Positions 1 through 18,000 of a DNA stretch of 64,000 nt are shown here, one piece after another. The position numbers were made by a program, and so were the translations under genes. The notes beneath the pieces were generated by a model. The model made no database searches and was not told where the DNA came from. It saw only the letters and a program-made list of their open reading frames with translations. Position 1 is the first letter of the stretch. Each line of letters starts with the position of its first letter. This DNA is from Bugula neritina (lineage: Eukaryota > Animalia > Bryozoa), in assembly GCA_964035545.1 (NCBI GenBank), contig OZ037769.1:16212633-16276632 (forward strand). The letters are read 5' to 3'.

Positions 1-4351
<4,351 letters not shown>

Positions 4352-5438
4352 CTTAATTCTGATTGGTTCACTCCGTCAGTAAAACTCAACATATTGGAGA
4401 TATAAAGTTGTCTCCCTATGAAACTGGTTGTACATATCTTCATAAATGTTTTTTCACATTCTTCAGGATAGGCCATATTTCAGCCAAGTATATAATTATA
4501 CTGTGTATAATATTATTTGAGTTGTATATAAATGTATTATTTCAGGTAATATTAGTTTAATTATCTATTATTGTTTATTTATCTTACTTAAATATTATTT
4601 ATTGAAAGCCTCAATAATATTGTTGATAACATAATAATATTGTGTAGCTATTAGTGTGAGTATAAAGTATGGGTGAAAAGTTAACAATGCTCCACATACA
4701 CTGTATAATGTGTTGATAAAATATTATTCTGTCTATATTTAAAATGCTCACACCAAATATTATTCAACAGCTGAATATATGATAGGGGGGCAACTTCAAC
4801 ATGTTTAGATGAAGATATATTTACCATATTGCAACACATCACAAATATATTCTAACAAAATAAAAATTTTTTTTTAGAAAATTCACGCACTGTATAATAT
4901 AAAACAATCACATATACAATGAGCTCTGACAGAGAACAATGATTGTACAGACAATAAATATATAGACATCATTATTGACCAGATTCATTAGATAAGCAGA
5001 CGGGTTGTAAATTAATCATAGAAACATAAATCAGTCTCAATGTATACTTAATACAAGTAATTTCAGCAGTTTATGGCTGTTTTACAGTAGAAATAAAAGC
5101 ACCAGTTCATGTTCAGCTCATGATGCTTGCTGGAAATAAAATACTAAAAACTATTGTAGCTCTCTTATAAGTAGAAAACATGCAATTGATCTAAATCTAT
5201 AAAATACAAAACGTCAGACGCAATAGAGAGAGTTTAATGTAGAGTATTGAGCCGCCTAATACACTAGAGATTGTGATACAAATACTATATAGTAAAATAT
5301 ATACTTTCAGCAAGTTACCTGGGGTAGTAATAGGCTACCTGGGGTAGTAAAAGGCTACCTGGGGTGTTGGCAGCTACTGAAGGTCAAGGTAAAGAGTGTC
5401 CAACACTGCGTATTGCGAGTAAACCAGGAAGAAGAGAT

Positions 5439-8400
5439 CTAAAAGCTCTCTGTTGCAGGAGTCAAAGACCTGATGACACTCTCCAGTACTAGTACCAACT
5501 CGTCTTTGATGACGAATCTGTCCTTATTAGGAGGTGGTTTCGCGCATTCGTCGGCGAGAGATTTTATAGTCTGAGATTGTTTAAGAGACGCAGGTAAAGA
5601 GTGTAGCAGGCCGCCAGTCATACCTGCAGCAGACGGGAGACAGGATGTCAATATGTCTGATAGTCGTGTTATAAAAACATTGCAAATTAATTAGTTTTAT
5701 GGCTGAAATCCCAAAACAACAGCAAAAGAAAGTTATACGAAATTAATTTCTAAGCTGAAAAAAATTCTCAACAAATTTCTATGGATTCATTTTCATCAAA
5801 GTTGACCCAAAGAGGTAGTTTACTAGATAGAAGCAGTAGCAGTTGATATACCAGCAGGTAAATTCCTTACACATATACTTAAAATAAATGACGCCTCTAG
5901 TCTAGTGTAGCCCGCATACCCGCGACAAGCAGTATTACCAGGTAGGGGGCGGATTAAACCCACCTTGATCGTGATCCCCTGAACTGGAGAGCAAACTCTT
6001 ACAGAGGGCGTAGTAGTTGAAGTCGGACTGAGTCTTGGAGCAGAGCGACACAACGTCGATAGTGAGGCAGTTGTTCCCGTGTTCACAGTAGTCATAGATA
6101 CTGTGGTGTGGCTCGTCATAGCCTGGGTTCTTGTCTACAGAATGTACACAGTAGAGGGGTTGTTGTATATATACCCACACTCAATGTTTAATATAAAACC
6201 AGGTTCTGAAGTCTATAAGTTTATTGACTGTCTATAGTACCTTCTAGATCATAGCCCACAAATCCTAATTACTTCACAAGCCATACTCGGGACGGGGGAT
6301 AACCCAACCTATCTAACCAACAGACACTGAACTTAGGCTATGAAGTGACCTTCACCTTCAGCTAGGAGCTGCTCGTCGACGATGAGGATATTCTCCGCGT
6401 CGTTTATGGTGACCTCCAGAGAGTCCTTCTGCACGGAGTAGTTGTCGAGGGAGACGTCTGAGAAGTAGAGTTTGTATCCTGCGGAGTTGTCGGTCAGCTG
6501 ATCGGCGATGTGTAGCAGACGCAGAGCTAGCTTTATCTGTGCATAGTTATAGATGTGATATAGGATAATTATAGATGTGATAGAGGATAGCTATAGATGT
6601 GATATAGAATAGTTATAGATGTGATATAGGATAATTATAGATGTGATATAGAATAGTTATAGATACGATAGAGAACAGTTATAGATACGATAGAAGATAA
6701 ATATAGATGTGATATAGGATAGTTATAGATACGATAGACTGAGAATAGCATACCCGTATCCTCCAATCAGCATAGAAGTAGTCCCGCAGAGGCACACCTG
6801 CATAGTCTTCTGCTATTATTCTACCACAAGCTCCGATGTACGCAGGAAATGGCCATTTCTCACCGTGTGGAAACATCTGCAAGAAAATATCATAAAGCTA
6901 TCTGATTGGGCATAGAGGAGCTACAGTACTTCCTGCTGAGTAATATAATCATATACAGTTAGTACCTGTAATATGATGGGCTCAGGGTTCACGGCAAGCG
7001 TATAGAGTAATGAGAACTTCTCGCCAACAGAGAGGCCTTGCTCATCAACAAATTCTCCCCGCTCTCGATATCTGAAAATAAATACAACTTCCTGTTTAGG
7101 GCGGAGATTCCCTCGCAATGACAGAGTATGTTATATACATCAGCACTTTAGTACATAGTATACACAGTAGTCGCTACATGGGCAAGTTGCGTGCTGTGAT
7201 ACGTGTGTAGCAGGCACATAGAGTTTGTTATCAGAGTGATGTGGTGATGTAATACTAAATTGTGATCAAAAGAAAGCTAACCTGTGAACCATTCTTCGAA
7301 CCAGCCGTGGAGACGGGCATTGCATTGCATCAGAGAGACCTATGACATCATTTACAGACACAGGTCCAGTAAGTCTGGAGGAAATGTTAGCCACGGCTTG
7401 AGTCATGTCACAACTAAATAAATTATTATAGAGCTATGACATTATTATATAGAATGACATCACAGAGTAGTTATGATATCACAGGGTAGTTGTGATATCA
7501 CAGGGTAGTTGTGATATCACAGAGTAGTTATAGCTGTTGGTCATTTGGCTCACTTTATATGCCAGTAGCTGGGGATGTAAAAATTTCAGCTAAAAATATG
7601 CTAATGACTAAAAATCTACAGAACTTAATTTATTAATTAATTGTCTAAAATAATAAACATAATACATGAATTAATCAAATCAACTTTCAATGAAATAGCA
7701 TGAGGACTTAGTAAAGGTCTAGTGGGGGGTATAGAGCAGCACCTGAGTTGGAAGGAGTCACTAGGGGGGATGACACAGAGTTGGTTGTTGTTACTCGAAC
7801 CCTTCATACACTGGGAGAACCCCCCACGACACAAGTATGTATCCACTCTTTCCAGTTCGTCAGTGTGAGCCAGTTTCTTGAACACCAGCTCCAGCCCATT
7901 CAGTCTTCCAAAGTAGACGTTCTTCACGTTGACAATGCTGTTGATGTAGTGGAAGGCCTCCACTCTGAAAAACATCTGTCATAAATTTTATATTAATTTA
8001 TTATCAAGACAAGCATTGGGTTGCAATAGAAAAATAACAGTTTAACTGAAAGTACTAGCAGCAGCAGAAGCAGCAGCAGTAGAACTATTACTATTACTAG
8101 TGGTAGTAATAGTAATAGCACCAGTAGTAATAACTCCGCGGTCAATAACTAAAATACAGTCTTGAAATTTATTCCTACCTAAATAAAAAATATAGCTCTT
8201 TTAACCCATCAATTCAAACAATTATTAAATTAGTTGTTAGAAGCAAAATCAAAAGAAAACAAATGTTTTCGAGAACTACTCACCCGTGAACTCGAGTCTC
8301 ATGAATTCTCCGACACATTCTCGTGCCATAACAAGCTGGACAATTGGACGATTCTGGAAAAAAACAACAATAAAAAACTATTTTAATTATCTCAACACAC

Positions 8401-8905
8401 GCCGTATCACTCTTTAGCAGCACTTTTACCATCATATAAAAACATTGAGTTATAAACCTGCTATTGCCGCGTCACAGCCGCAAGCTCATACAGTTAAGAT
8501 CAGTTACTGCGAGGTCATATTTTTAATTGCCTGACAGTTAATTCATGTAATTATTTGTTGCTATTTATAGCCTACTTGGGTATTTTCTGATCAGAAAACA
8601 AAACACTAAAACTCAACAATGAAAACTAAAGATATTGTATTAGAAACAAATGCATAGAATAAAGCAAACTTACCGGTATGGTAGCTTATGTCAGTTACGA
8701 ATGTATAAACAAGAATCCTATACACAACAAAGCAACAGAACAAAGTAGAAACTAGAAGCAACCCTCGGCCATAGGGGGGCATTTGTCGTAGTCTGAGCTT
8801 CAACTGATGACAGGAAGTCCTCAGCTGCCGGTGCCAAGAGTCTTTGTAGCCTCTGTCCATTGCTAGTTCTGTCTGTAAACGTTTAGTATTTGCACGGCGA
8901 TACAT
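5439..8905 (-). CDS. DIPK2A: Divergent protein kinase domain 2A (DIA1/C3orf58-like)
   Basis: Nine in-frame exons on the minus strand: 8905-8674, 8353-8284, 7964-7743, 7413-7282, 7071-6966, 6876-6754, 6536-~6357, 6134-5964, 5623-5439. Motifs: N-terminal TM, CPACYG..C, NVKNVYFG, CPSPRL, LAVNPEPIILQMFP...WPFPAYIGACGR, LYFSDVSLDN, DAENILIVD, SDFNYYALC, GGLLH. Confidence 0.9.
6540..6745. repeat. ~20-bp tandem repeat filling almost the whole DIPK2A intron 6537-6753
   Basis: atagttatagatgtgatatagra-type units run from acceptor to donor. Confidence 0.88.
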
Positions 8906-9099
8906 ACTACAGAGTATCTTTCTATGTAAAAACAGGTTTCTCGAACTAGTATCATTATGCCAAGAAATTTTAAGGTTTGCATTTATTCACACAACAGTAA
9001 ATCATTGTACAAAAATAATTTTGATTTGTTTTTGAATCAATCATACCTAATTGTTTAAATATCATTATGAATATATCTATAAATCATAATGAACTATAT

Positions 9100-9510
9100 T
9101 ATTAGCATATCACTGTTACTATTAGTATTACTATTAGTATTACTACTTCTACCATCACTACTACTACTACTACCACTACCACCACTACTACTAGTACTAG
9201 TGAATACTACTACTAGTGAGTACTACTACTAGTGAGTACTACTACTTGACTAGCAGTACTAGTACTAATAGTAATACTACTACTACTAGTAGTAGTAGTA
9301 GTAATAGTACTACTACAAGTCTAGTGCTATAACATAATGATAATCATAATCATAATGATAATAATCATTTACTTATTTAGTTTTACTGATTTAGTTTTTC
9401 TTGCCTTTACGGTATAAATTTATAGTTATTTACATTTTATTTTACTTATAGTTATATTAATGTTAATTTTATAGTTATACTCATAGTAATACTGATAGTA
9501 AATGTAACAC
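9100..9510. repeat. Degenerate tri/hexanucleotide (TAC/TAG/ACT) low-complexity array
   Basis: Visible periodicity; lies in the probable 5'UTR intron of DIPK2A. Confidence 0.75.
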
Positions 9511-9539
9511 GAATGAATATCTAAGTATTTTTATCCATA

Positions 9540-9799
9540 CAAGTTGTTGTTGTGAAACCAAATGTGCAAGGGTTTTTACCGTCGAGCCTTCCATCATGAA
9601 TGAATAGGTTTTGATCGAGAACCCAAGAGGAAACTGTTCTAAAAATATCTAGACTCGTGGGCTATTTGTCGTGGTTCCATTGCGATAGCCGGCGTATTCT
9701 CAGTTATTTCCTGTCTAAAAGTACAACCAATTCACATTAAATTTAGGAATTTAATCCTTTCTTTTGGGTCGTTTCATTATTCTCAAAGCTTTTTTAAGT
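9540..9799. promoter_or_regulatory. Probable bidirectional promoter region for DIPK2A and UQCR11
   Basis: The start codons diverge about 0.9 kb apart. There is a locally CpG-richer, non-repetitive island between two low-complexity arrays, and a candidate minus-strand UTR donor (GTATGG) near 9540. Confidence 0.45.
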
Positions 9800-11110
9800 A
9801 TGAATATATTTCAGAAAATTGGTGCTAGGCACGCAATGATGGCTAGAAACTGGTAAGAAGTCATTTCAAATAATTAACGCTTATAATATTCGTTTGACTA
9901 CTGCTACTACACCTACTCTTAGTCTTACTCTTACTCTTACTCTTACTCTTACTCTTAGTCTTAGTCTTAGTCTTAGTCTTAGTCTTAGTCTTAGTCTTAG
10001 TCTTAGTCTTAGTCTTAGTCTTAGACTTAGACTTAGACTTAGACTTAGACTTAGACTTAGACTTAGACTTAGACTTAGAGTTAGTCTTACAGTTACGCTT
10101 ACTGTTAGTGTTATTCATAGTCATGCTCATGGTCATAGTCATACTGAGTGATACTCATAGACTTAGACTGTCACTGAGAAGCGAGAGTAAATAACTACAA
10201 GAGTTACTAGTTAGTGTTACTGTTAGAAACTGAGTCAGAATGAAAATGAGTTCGAAAACTTTACTGATTACTCACTATTATTATTAGTATTAGTATTAGA
10301 TTACTATTATTATAAGAAGTAATTATTAGTATTAGTATTACATTTACTGCTAGTGTTAGTTTGTTAGTGCTGGTCATAGCTAGGCTACTAATAGTGATAG
10401 TCAATAAGTTTTACTCTTGGTCCTAGAGTTGGTCTAGTCTTACTCTAACAACTGCTGTTAGTGTTGCACTCACACTGAAACTTGCAGTTGCTGACAGTGA
10501 CAGTCTGAGTCGCAGTAACTGTAAGTGTAAGTATCACGTTACCAGTGTCACTATCAGTATGAAATTCGTTACAAAACTGATTTGCTTAGATGTGTTAGTA
10601 TTATCCTGAAATTGTAGTTAGCCTCATTTTTGTATAGCTTTTCAAAAGTGATTAATAAAATTATAAAATATACATAAGCTTGCAAAACCAATACCTAATA
10701 GTAATAGTAATTTAAATATGATTACATGCGGACTTGTTGACATGAATGATGAAAATAAAGCTCTACAGTTTAGAAAGCTTTTCTTTTGGGATTGTAACTC
10801 ATAAAACATAATTTTAATTCTAACAACATAGAAATATTAAAAAAATCTGGAATCAGTTTCAACACAGTACATCAATTCTAGTGTAAAATATTTGAAGCAG
10901 CTAGAAAGTTTAAGTTCACATTCATACTAATAAACTATATCTATAATCTGTACATAACTCAATATTTACTGTAGGACTACAAGCTTGGGAATCTACGGTG
11001 TGACGGCATTCGCAGCATTGTCATACTTCACCGACTGGAAGTGTGTGATGGATAAAGTTCCCTTTTACAATGCCAAATTCGTTGTCACAGACGAAGAGGA
11101 TTCAGAGTAA
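9800..11110 (+). CDS. UQCR11: Cytochrome b-c1 complex subunit 10 (62 aa)
   Basis: Exons 9800-9852 and 10975-11110 (GT-AG) give MNIFQKIGARHAMMARNWTTSLGIYGVTAFAALSYFTDWKCVMDKVPFYNAKFVVTDEEDSE*. This fits the UQCR11 pattern G.R.....NW...G......TDW....D.VP..N.KF. Confidence 0.9.
9895..10560. repeat. Hexamer microsatellite (TTACTC/TTAGTC/TTAGAC) grading into a degenerate 6-bp-periodic array
   Basis: Pure blocks at 9920-10080 with degenerate flanks; lies in the UQCR11 intron. Confidence 0.9.
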
Positions 11111-12312
11111 CTCGTCCATTTCTAACATTTCTGTGGGTTAATAAACTCACTAATAGTGTGACTAAAGCAATAGCTATCAAATATCAACTGTTAGGAGTTG
11201 TCCAATCTTTGCTAGTAGCTTCCTTTACTTACACCATGGCCTCTTTCCTAATATTAAATGACTTCTTCCTTGATAGAACGTGTTATAAATTACTGTTGTC
11301 ATCCAACCTATGCTTATTATTTAAATATTGTTTGAAGATATTAAATTCAGTTATATTGTGAGTGATAAAAACCAAACTTTAAAAGATTTAAAATGGAATA
11401 GTCTAATATTCTCATTATATGCCCATTTACTGTGTTTTATTTTTAGGATTTGTGTGCTCCTGATACTGTATATCCAGCTAGCTAATAAGACGAGGAGATG
11501 AACTTGGCTGTAATATTTATCATTTTGAAAATAAATCCCAAAATGTTCACTTGTTAACAATATCTCAAAGTGATGTATATTTCTGTGAAACTTTATTGTA
11601 CGTAATAAAACAAATATACTTGTATGGTCTACCTATCTGAATCTTTTTAGCATATTTCTATCACTTTTCAGGGCTGTCTTTTTATAATGAAAATGATTTT
11701 GTATAATGTCAAACTAATAACAGAGAAAATTTTTGCGTCACATAGTATAAAGGAGTAAAAGCACACCAGTTGTAATGTATACATGCAGTACATGCAAGCC
11801 AATAGGTTTTAGTAAGCAGCCAAACAGCATTGAGGATTTGTCTTGATATGGTTGAATGATGCACAGTGCAGAGTTTTCTTTCCTGCAGATGAGGTGATGA
11901 CTAATAATCATGGTCTTTGGTACAGTGGCAAAAATGGTGCTAGAAGCAGCACTGAGTTGGTGATCATTGAGTAGTAGGTTGGGGTTCAGAGTTTTAATCC
12001 AAGCTTCCAAACTTGAGACCCCAAGCTACCACATTCAGTGACCAACAACTGGGTGCTGCTTCTAGCCACTTTTCAGTAGTAATCTTGATATATAAAGCAT
12101 TCAAATTATATAATAATCACCTGAATTATATAATAATAATATGAGCAAAATTACATGAAAGCCTTCATTCTAACTGGATATCTAATTCTAATTTATTACT
12201 GCTAAAAGAACATTCCTCTAGTCCACAGCAACTACATCTAAACTAGTAATACTTATGATATAAATTACTTGAAGAGGTTGAGGAAGCTGCAGGCACATTA
12301 GCTTCACCATAC

Positions 12313-12656
12313 CAGGTGTTTGCAACCTTTTCAGAGCGAGGAGCACGCACAGCAGAAATGGAACATTTCATGGTGGAGGCCGCATATAGTTTGGGCTGGG
12401 GCCACAGCATCAGTAACTTTCAAATAACTTAATTTTAAATTCCTATGACTAATCACACAATGAAGTCCCAATAATTACTATAGCCTGCATGTTTGAGCAT
12501 ATATAATATAAATAAGACGTCTAAAAGCAGGTGGTGTTCCCACTCTAATTCATATATACATCCGCAGAATAATGTTATGTGTTATGCCTTTGAGGGCCAC
12601 ATAAATGTAGGCAGGGGGCCACATCGGACCCTGTGGCCGCCTGTTGGACAGTCCTG
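12313..12656. mobile_element. Degenerate hAT (Charlie-like) MITE
   Basis: Imperfect termini caggtgtttgcaac...gttggacagtcctg with internal ggccgca/ggccaca subterminal motifs; no clear TSD. Confidence 0.45.
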
Positions 12657-14169
12657 CTTTAGATATAGTAGCTATATGCTTAACTGAAACTTCAGGCTAA
12701 TTATATTGTGTTTATTGGAAGTAATGATGTCATATATTTACAAACTCAATTATACTCTTTCTAGTAAAATGGCTTCCAATATGATTATACTCAGCCAACA
12801 GTCTATACTCTATACTAACAGTATGCAGAGAGTAGACAACTCTAGATACAAACAATTTGTAAAGAATGTACAGGATGTGATGTAAGCAGGAGTTGTGTGG
12901 TTGTAGATGCAATGATCTGTTCAACTAGATTGTTTAGAGTAGAGACAGGGGAATGCGTCTGTTAGAATTAAACATGTCATATTTTTTTGTAATAATTGTT
13001 TAGGGATTTTTTATGAGTAGTAATTTGTTTTTAAATATATACATGTGTATGACAGCTTGTATAGCAAATGCAGTATATAAATAATTATATGCCAGCTTAT
13101 TAAATTTTATAAATTTTATTTGATAGGGTTATTTGAACTGCAAAACTCGCAAGGTAGACATTTTAGTTATTTCAAATTGTTTTTATAGTAACTAATTAAA
13201 TATCATATTCTGTAATAATTATTCATTCCTTTATGAACTGGTATATCTACTAAATAATGACCAAAATTAACTAAGTGAATGAATGATTAAGAGAATAAAA
13301 AAGCAAAATAAATTCAAATTTATTTTAGAAGAAATTTCAAACAACTAGAGTAGGTTACATGATGTTCAATGAAGTATATAGCAATGAGCTAGGCATGTAT
13401 ATTTGCATGCTCTGGTCTCTGAGCACTTATAGGAGACAAAGAGGATTCCAATAAAAATTGGATCCAGAGAATAGGTTATGAGCATCTGTTGACTGAGTAA
13501 TCCATCTACACATCAGATAGTATACGCTGTAGTGTTGAATGGTCTATGTAGAACATCTAGATAATAAATAGAAACATAGAGTAAAGTGAATAAATGGAGT
13601 ATAAGCCACTATACCATATAATTATGTCATCTCCTTTTCTTTAATAAAAAAAGATAATAATTTGTTACATCAGTCAAATGTTTAAGGATTAAATACTAAA
13701 AAGTTTGTTGAAAACTGATCAATAAAAATATTTAGTTGACCTTTAACCCTCCTCTATGAGCTTCACTAAGTGGAAATACCATAGATACAATACACTAGAA
13801 TGCTATCCTACAGATATTAGTTTTAACACTTCTGTAATCGGTCAATGTAATAAACAGGCATGTAAGTAACTCAAGGCCAGTCCATAACCCTAGATCGATG
13901 GCAATGAGCAAAGTGAAGATAAAGTCATAGAACTTGATATCACCAATGTGACTGACCAAGAGAGAGTTTCAGATGATGCAAAACTTAACCATTGCAATCA
14001 GAGGGTTGCACCAACTCTAATATCTGATCAATACAATTTATATACAATTATGGAAGTTTGACAGCAAAATGCAAGCCTTTTGAAAACTTGTTATATGCAA
14101 CTTTGCCATGTGCATTATTTAATTTTATATTTTATGCTTATGAGCCTCATGTTCATTTTTTAAATTAAA

Positions 14170-14640
14170 TGTTTGAATATTGAAAAGTTCTGTGAGTCAT
14201 CACTACTCAAATTAGATGGAAGAATTAATATTTAGTATAAAATATCCAATCAAAACGCATCTATAGCCCTAGAGTAAGCACATGAGCATGTCATATATTG
14301 AGTTTGTAGCGTACTACCATCCATTATAAGGTATAGTAAGAATCTATACGTAGGTTTTACTAAAGGCTCTACCAAAAATAAATGGGAAGAAATTGAAATA
14401 TTTTGAAGGTTATGTTACTTGTTTTATAATATTCTTTCATACCCAAATCCTCTCTAAGTAACGTAAATAATCACCCTGCATGGTTCCTTGATTTTTGAAG
14501 CTCAAACCAAAAGCAACCCACATAAATTATATATAAACATACCAAAGAGATAATATTATAAAGTACAGTAAGGGTTTCATGGACTATTTAAAAAGATCTG
14601 ACACTAATGTGGTTTTTGAAGTTGGCAGTTCAAAGTGATA
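14170..14640 (+). repeat. Old interspersed repeat, copy 1 (paired with 15630-16070)
   Basis: Colinear diverged blocks, e.g. tgagcatgt..atatatt, tgggaagaaa..aaatatttt, ccacataaatta, tgacactaatgtg..tttga.gtt.gcagttcaa. Confidence 0.7.
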
Positions 14641-15022
14641 TATTCCTTTAACCCTTCAGTTTAACCGACTCACCTTAAACCCCGATCTGAACTCTAAAGC
14701 ATAAGTTTAATATCAGAATGAATTAGGTTACATCCTAATGGCACATGAATTATGTGCGTTGGACACACATTTGCACATGCCTTCAAGCTAGCTCAGTCTA
14801 GACAAAACCACCAGTATATACCCAATCAGGGAGCTAAGTTGACAAATGTGGAATGACCTTTTAGTAATGCTAGACAGGATATAACTGATAGTTCAGAATT
14901 ATATGATTCGATGAGTTATTTATTGCATGCTATGCATAGATGGTGGTTATTTCTCGAAAAGGGTTCAAATAGGTTTGCAAACTTTTGTGCAACTCCGTAA
15001 ACGCAGTCTTTTCTATTGATCA

Positions 15023-18000
15023 ATGGAGGAGAGACAGAAAAACACTGCCCCAGAGAGTTTAAAAGATCATTGTTTAATCAACAAGTATAGATATTTCAAC
15101 TGTGATGAACAATCAGGTGAGCGTTTTGTTGAAAGAGTTTATTATTACATTTTCTGTAATTGCTTCAACTGCGCTTTGTTGTTTCTATACATAATATTTT
15201 TAATAAAAAGCATATAAATATTATGTAATTTTAAAATAATTTAGTATTAAAATAAAGCTGAAGCTATGATATTTTGACTTATTTTCTAAATTCGATTTCA
15301 ACTGTTGAATGCTTAGGCAATTGATGTGTGTACATACAGTCACTTTGTGTATAATGTTTTACGTCTATTAAATATAATTTAAATGTTAAGTTGGGCAATT
15401 TTGGTCGTGTGATCATTTAAATTTATGTTAGATATATAGGATTAATAACTATTTAGCAACATTTACATGAATGCATACAGAAAGTTTTTAATTTGAACCA
15501 ACTTTAGTTACAGCTCACCCCTATATAATTCTGCAAGTTTATCAGCACGCATTTAAAAATAATTTCGTGCGGCTTTTGCTTTCAGTTCTAATTAACTTCA
15601 AGTTTTGATATTTCTAATATAAATGTTTGGAAATTGCAAAGTTCTGTGAACCCTAGTCACTGTTGCTCAGAAAAGATATAAGGAATATTTAGCACAAAAC
15701 TTCCATATACAAACATAATATGTCGTTGGAGTATAGACACTTGAGCATGTTAATATATTAAGGCTGTAGTTTAGTACTACCTGTTGTAAGTTATTTGTTT
15801 TATACGGTTTAAATTATTAATGGCTGTTTTAAAAGGAATTGGGAAGAAACTAAAATATTTTATAGTTGTAGCATCCTTCTATAAATAATCACTTTGACTG
15901 CTTGATATTTGAACCTTCAAATAAAATCAATCCACATAAATTACATGAAGAGACGGTACAAAATATTACACGAGGTATGTGGGGCTGCATGGCTCCTTTT
16001 GAATTAATATATGATCTTTATATTTGACACTAATGTGACTTTTGATGTTTGCAGTTCAATATTATTATATTATCATATTTAAATCAGTTCACACACAAAT
16101 TAACGATGATTTATAATGCACAAGTTCAACATGAGAATAAGTTAAATGATCCCAGAATGGCGCATAAATCACATATATTTTGGCCATTTATTAACTTAAG
16201 TGGGTTGCAATTCTCCAAAAAAATTAATAAGTCTTTTAAGAGCAAGATCATATACTGTGCCATCCTATAAGTTAACACTGGTGGGTCACAAATAGATCGA
16301 ACTGCTTCGGTATATTATCTAATGCATGTTATATATAAATGCCAATTATTTCCAGTGGTCAAAGTATGCTGAAATAGTGGTAAGGACCTTAAAAGCGTTA
16401 GCATCAATCTTAATATTGATAAACATCCTATGACGCCTGAGGTTTCTCTTCTCATATCTGGAAATGCTAGAGAAGCCCTTATAATATTTTGAAGTATTTC
16501 TCTTCTTTCAGGCTAACATTTCAAATCTTAGGAAAAAATACAGAAGAATAAAATTATGATTTAAAAACTAAAGCCTATAAATATAGTCACTTCCCGGTAC
16601 ATCTGTGCTAGCATTAATCGAGTTTCACAAAGATAATGAAGTTATATCGAGCCTTATAGCTTGCTGAAAATAATTCCTTTTCAACTTAACATGTTTAGAA
16701 ATAAAACAAGAATGAATAACATAATATAAGATTTGAGAAATTTAAACTGCTACTACTACCACTACTACCGCTGCTGCCGCTGCTGCTACCACTATATACA
16801 TTGTTTAAATTGTTAAATGTAATTTGTAATATTCTCTCTCACATCAATAACTATAGCACTATATTATACATATAATTGAATGAGTTTTACTTAAATTCAT
16901 AGCTCCACTAAAATTAGCTTTTTTCGTTGAACTTATAAAATTAAATTAAGGCAATTATTTCCATGATGCATCTTGTTGTGTTCTGAAGGCTTTTGGAAAC
17001 CAGCTGGTGGCATGTTTACTATCTCCAGACCTCACGCCACCTTTAGTATGTCTGTAAGTTTCAACCGAAGAGTTGACCCATTTGATGAGCTGGAAACGGT
17101 AACCATGGAGGAGGGTGACTTCTTGATTGTTGCTGTCATGAAGACAGGTGAGTTAGTATGTCTGAGAAATTTGTATATATTAATATATATTGGGATTGTG
17201 AGTATAGCTATATATACATGAAGAGACTTTCTCATTAATAGACTAGCTGCCCAGAATATTCTACTTCAGAATATTCAGAATGAATTTAGCACAGGTGCAG
17301 AGTTGTAGTTTCACTAAACATTATGTCAACTAAACTTCTATTAACAAAGCACCAAAACTTTTTTATGTGGTCCTCTCCACTTTAGTATATAAAGAGACTA
17401 AGACATAATTAGAATAAATAGTTATTGCTGTGATTCTTAACAAATAAAAGGTGCTTAGTGTAAGTCTGCAAACAACGTAGAGAAAATTTATTCCTAGTTT
17501 TTTTTAAATTTAAGCTGTAGTAAATTTTACCATTACAGGCTCTCACTTCCTATACGAGATCATGAAAATGCTAGCAAATGGTAAAGCTGAATACGTGAGA
17601 GATCCAAAAGAACTATCCTGGTTGGATGTACAACCGTACCATGAGATTATAAACAACACCATGCCTCCCCGTGTTTTCACAACTCACTTGGCGCCGAGTT
17701 GGCTGCCTCCAAAGTTGAGGTGAGCCAATCAACCTTAAGATAGCAATTCCAATCACTAACAGAATTAGCAGAATCTCTCTGAGATAGAGAGACTTCATTC
17801 ATCAATGAGTTGTTTGTAAATGTATACATTGTATTTTGTTTAAAACTATTACGAATCAAGATGAAATGTTTTATTTCCATTTTGATCAAATTGTTAATAA
17901 ATTTTAGATCCAAAACAGAAACTACGAATGATCGATACTTGAACTGGGAAAGTCATTCAATTTATATTTTACTGCAAATTAAACAGATTATATAACTAAT

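Noticed and set aside
9861-10151. SK/TK and LT/LS/LR dipeptide ORFs, and a telomere-like look
   Set aside because: Intronic hexamer microsatellite; the units are TTAGTC/TTAGAC, not TTAGGG/TTAGG
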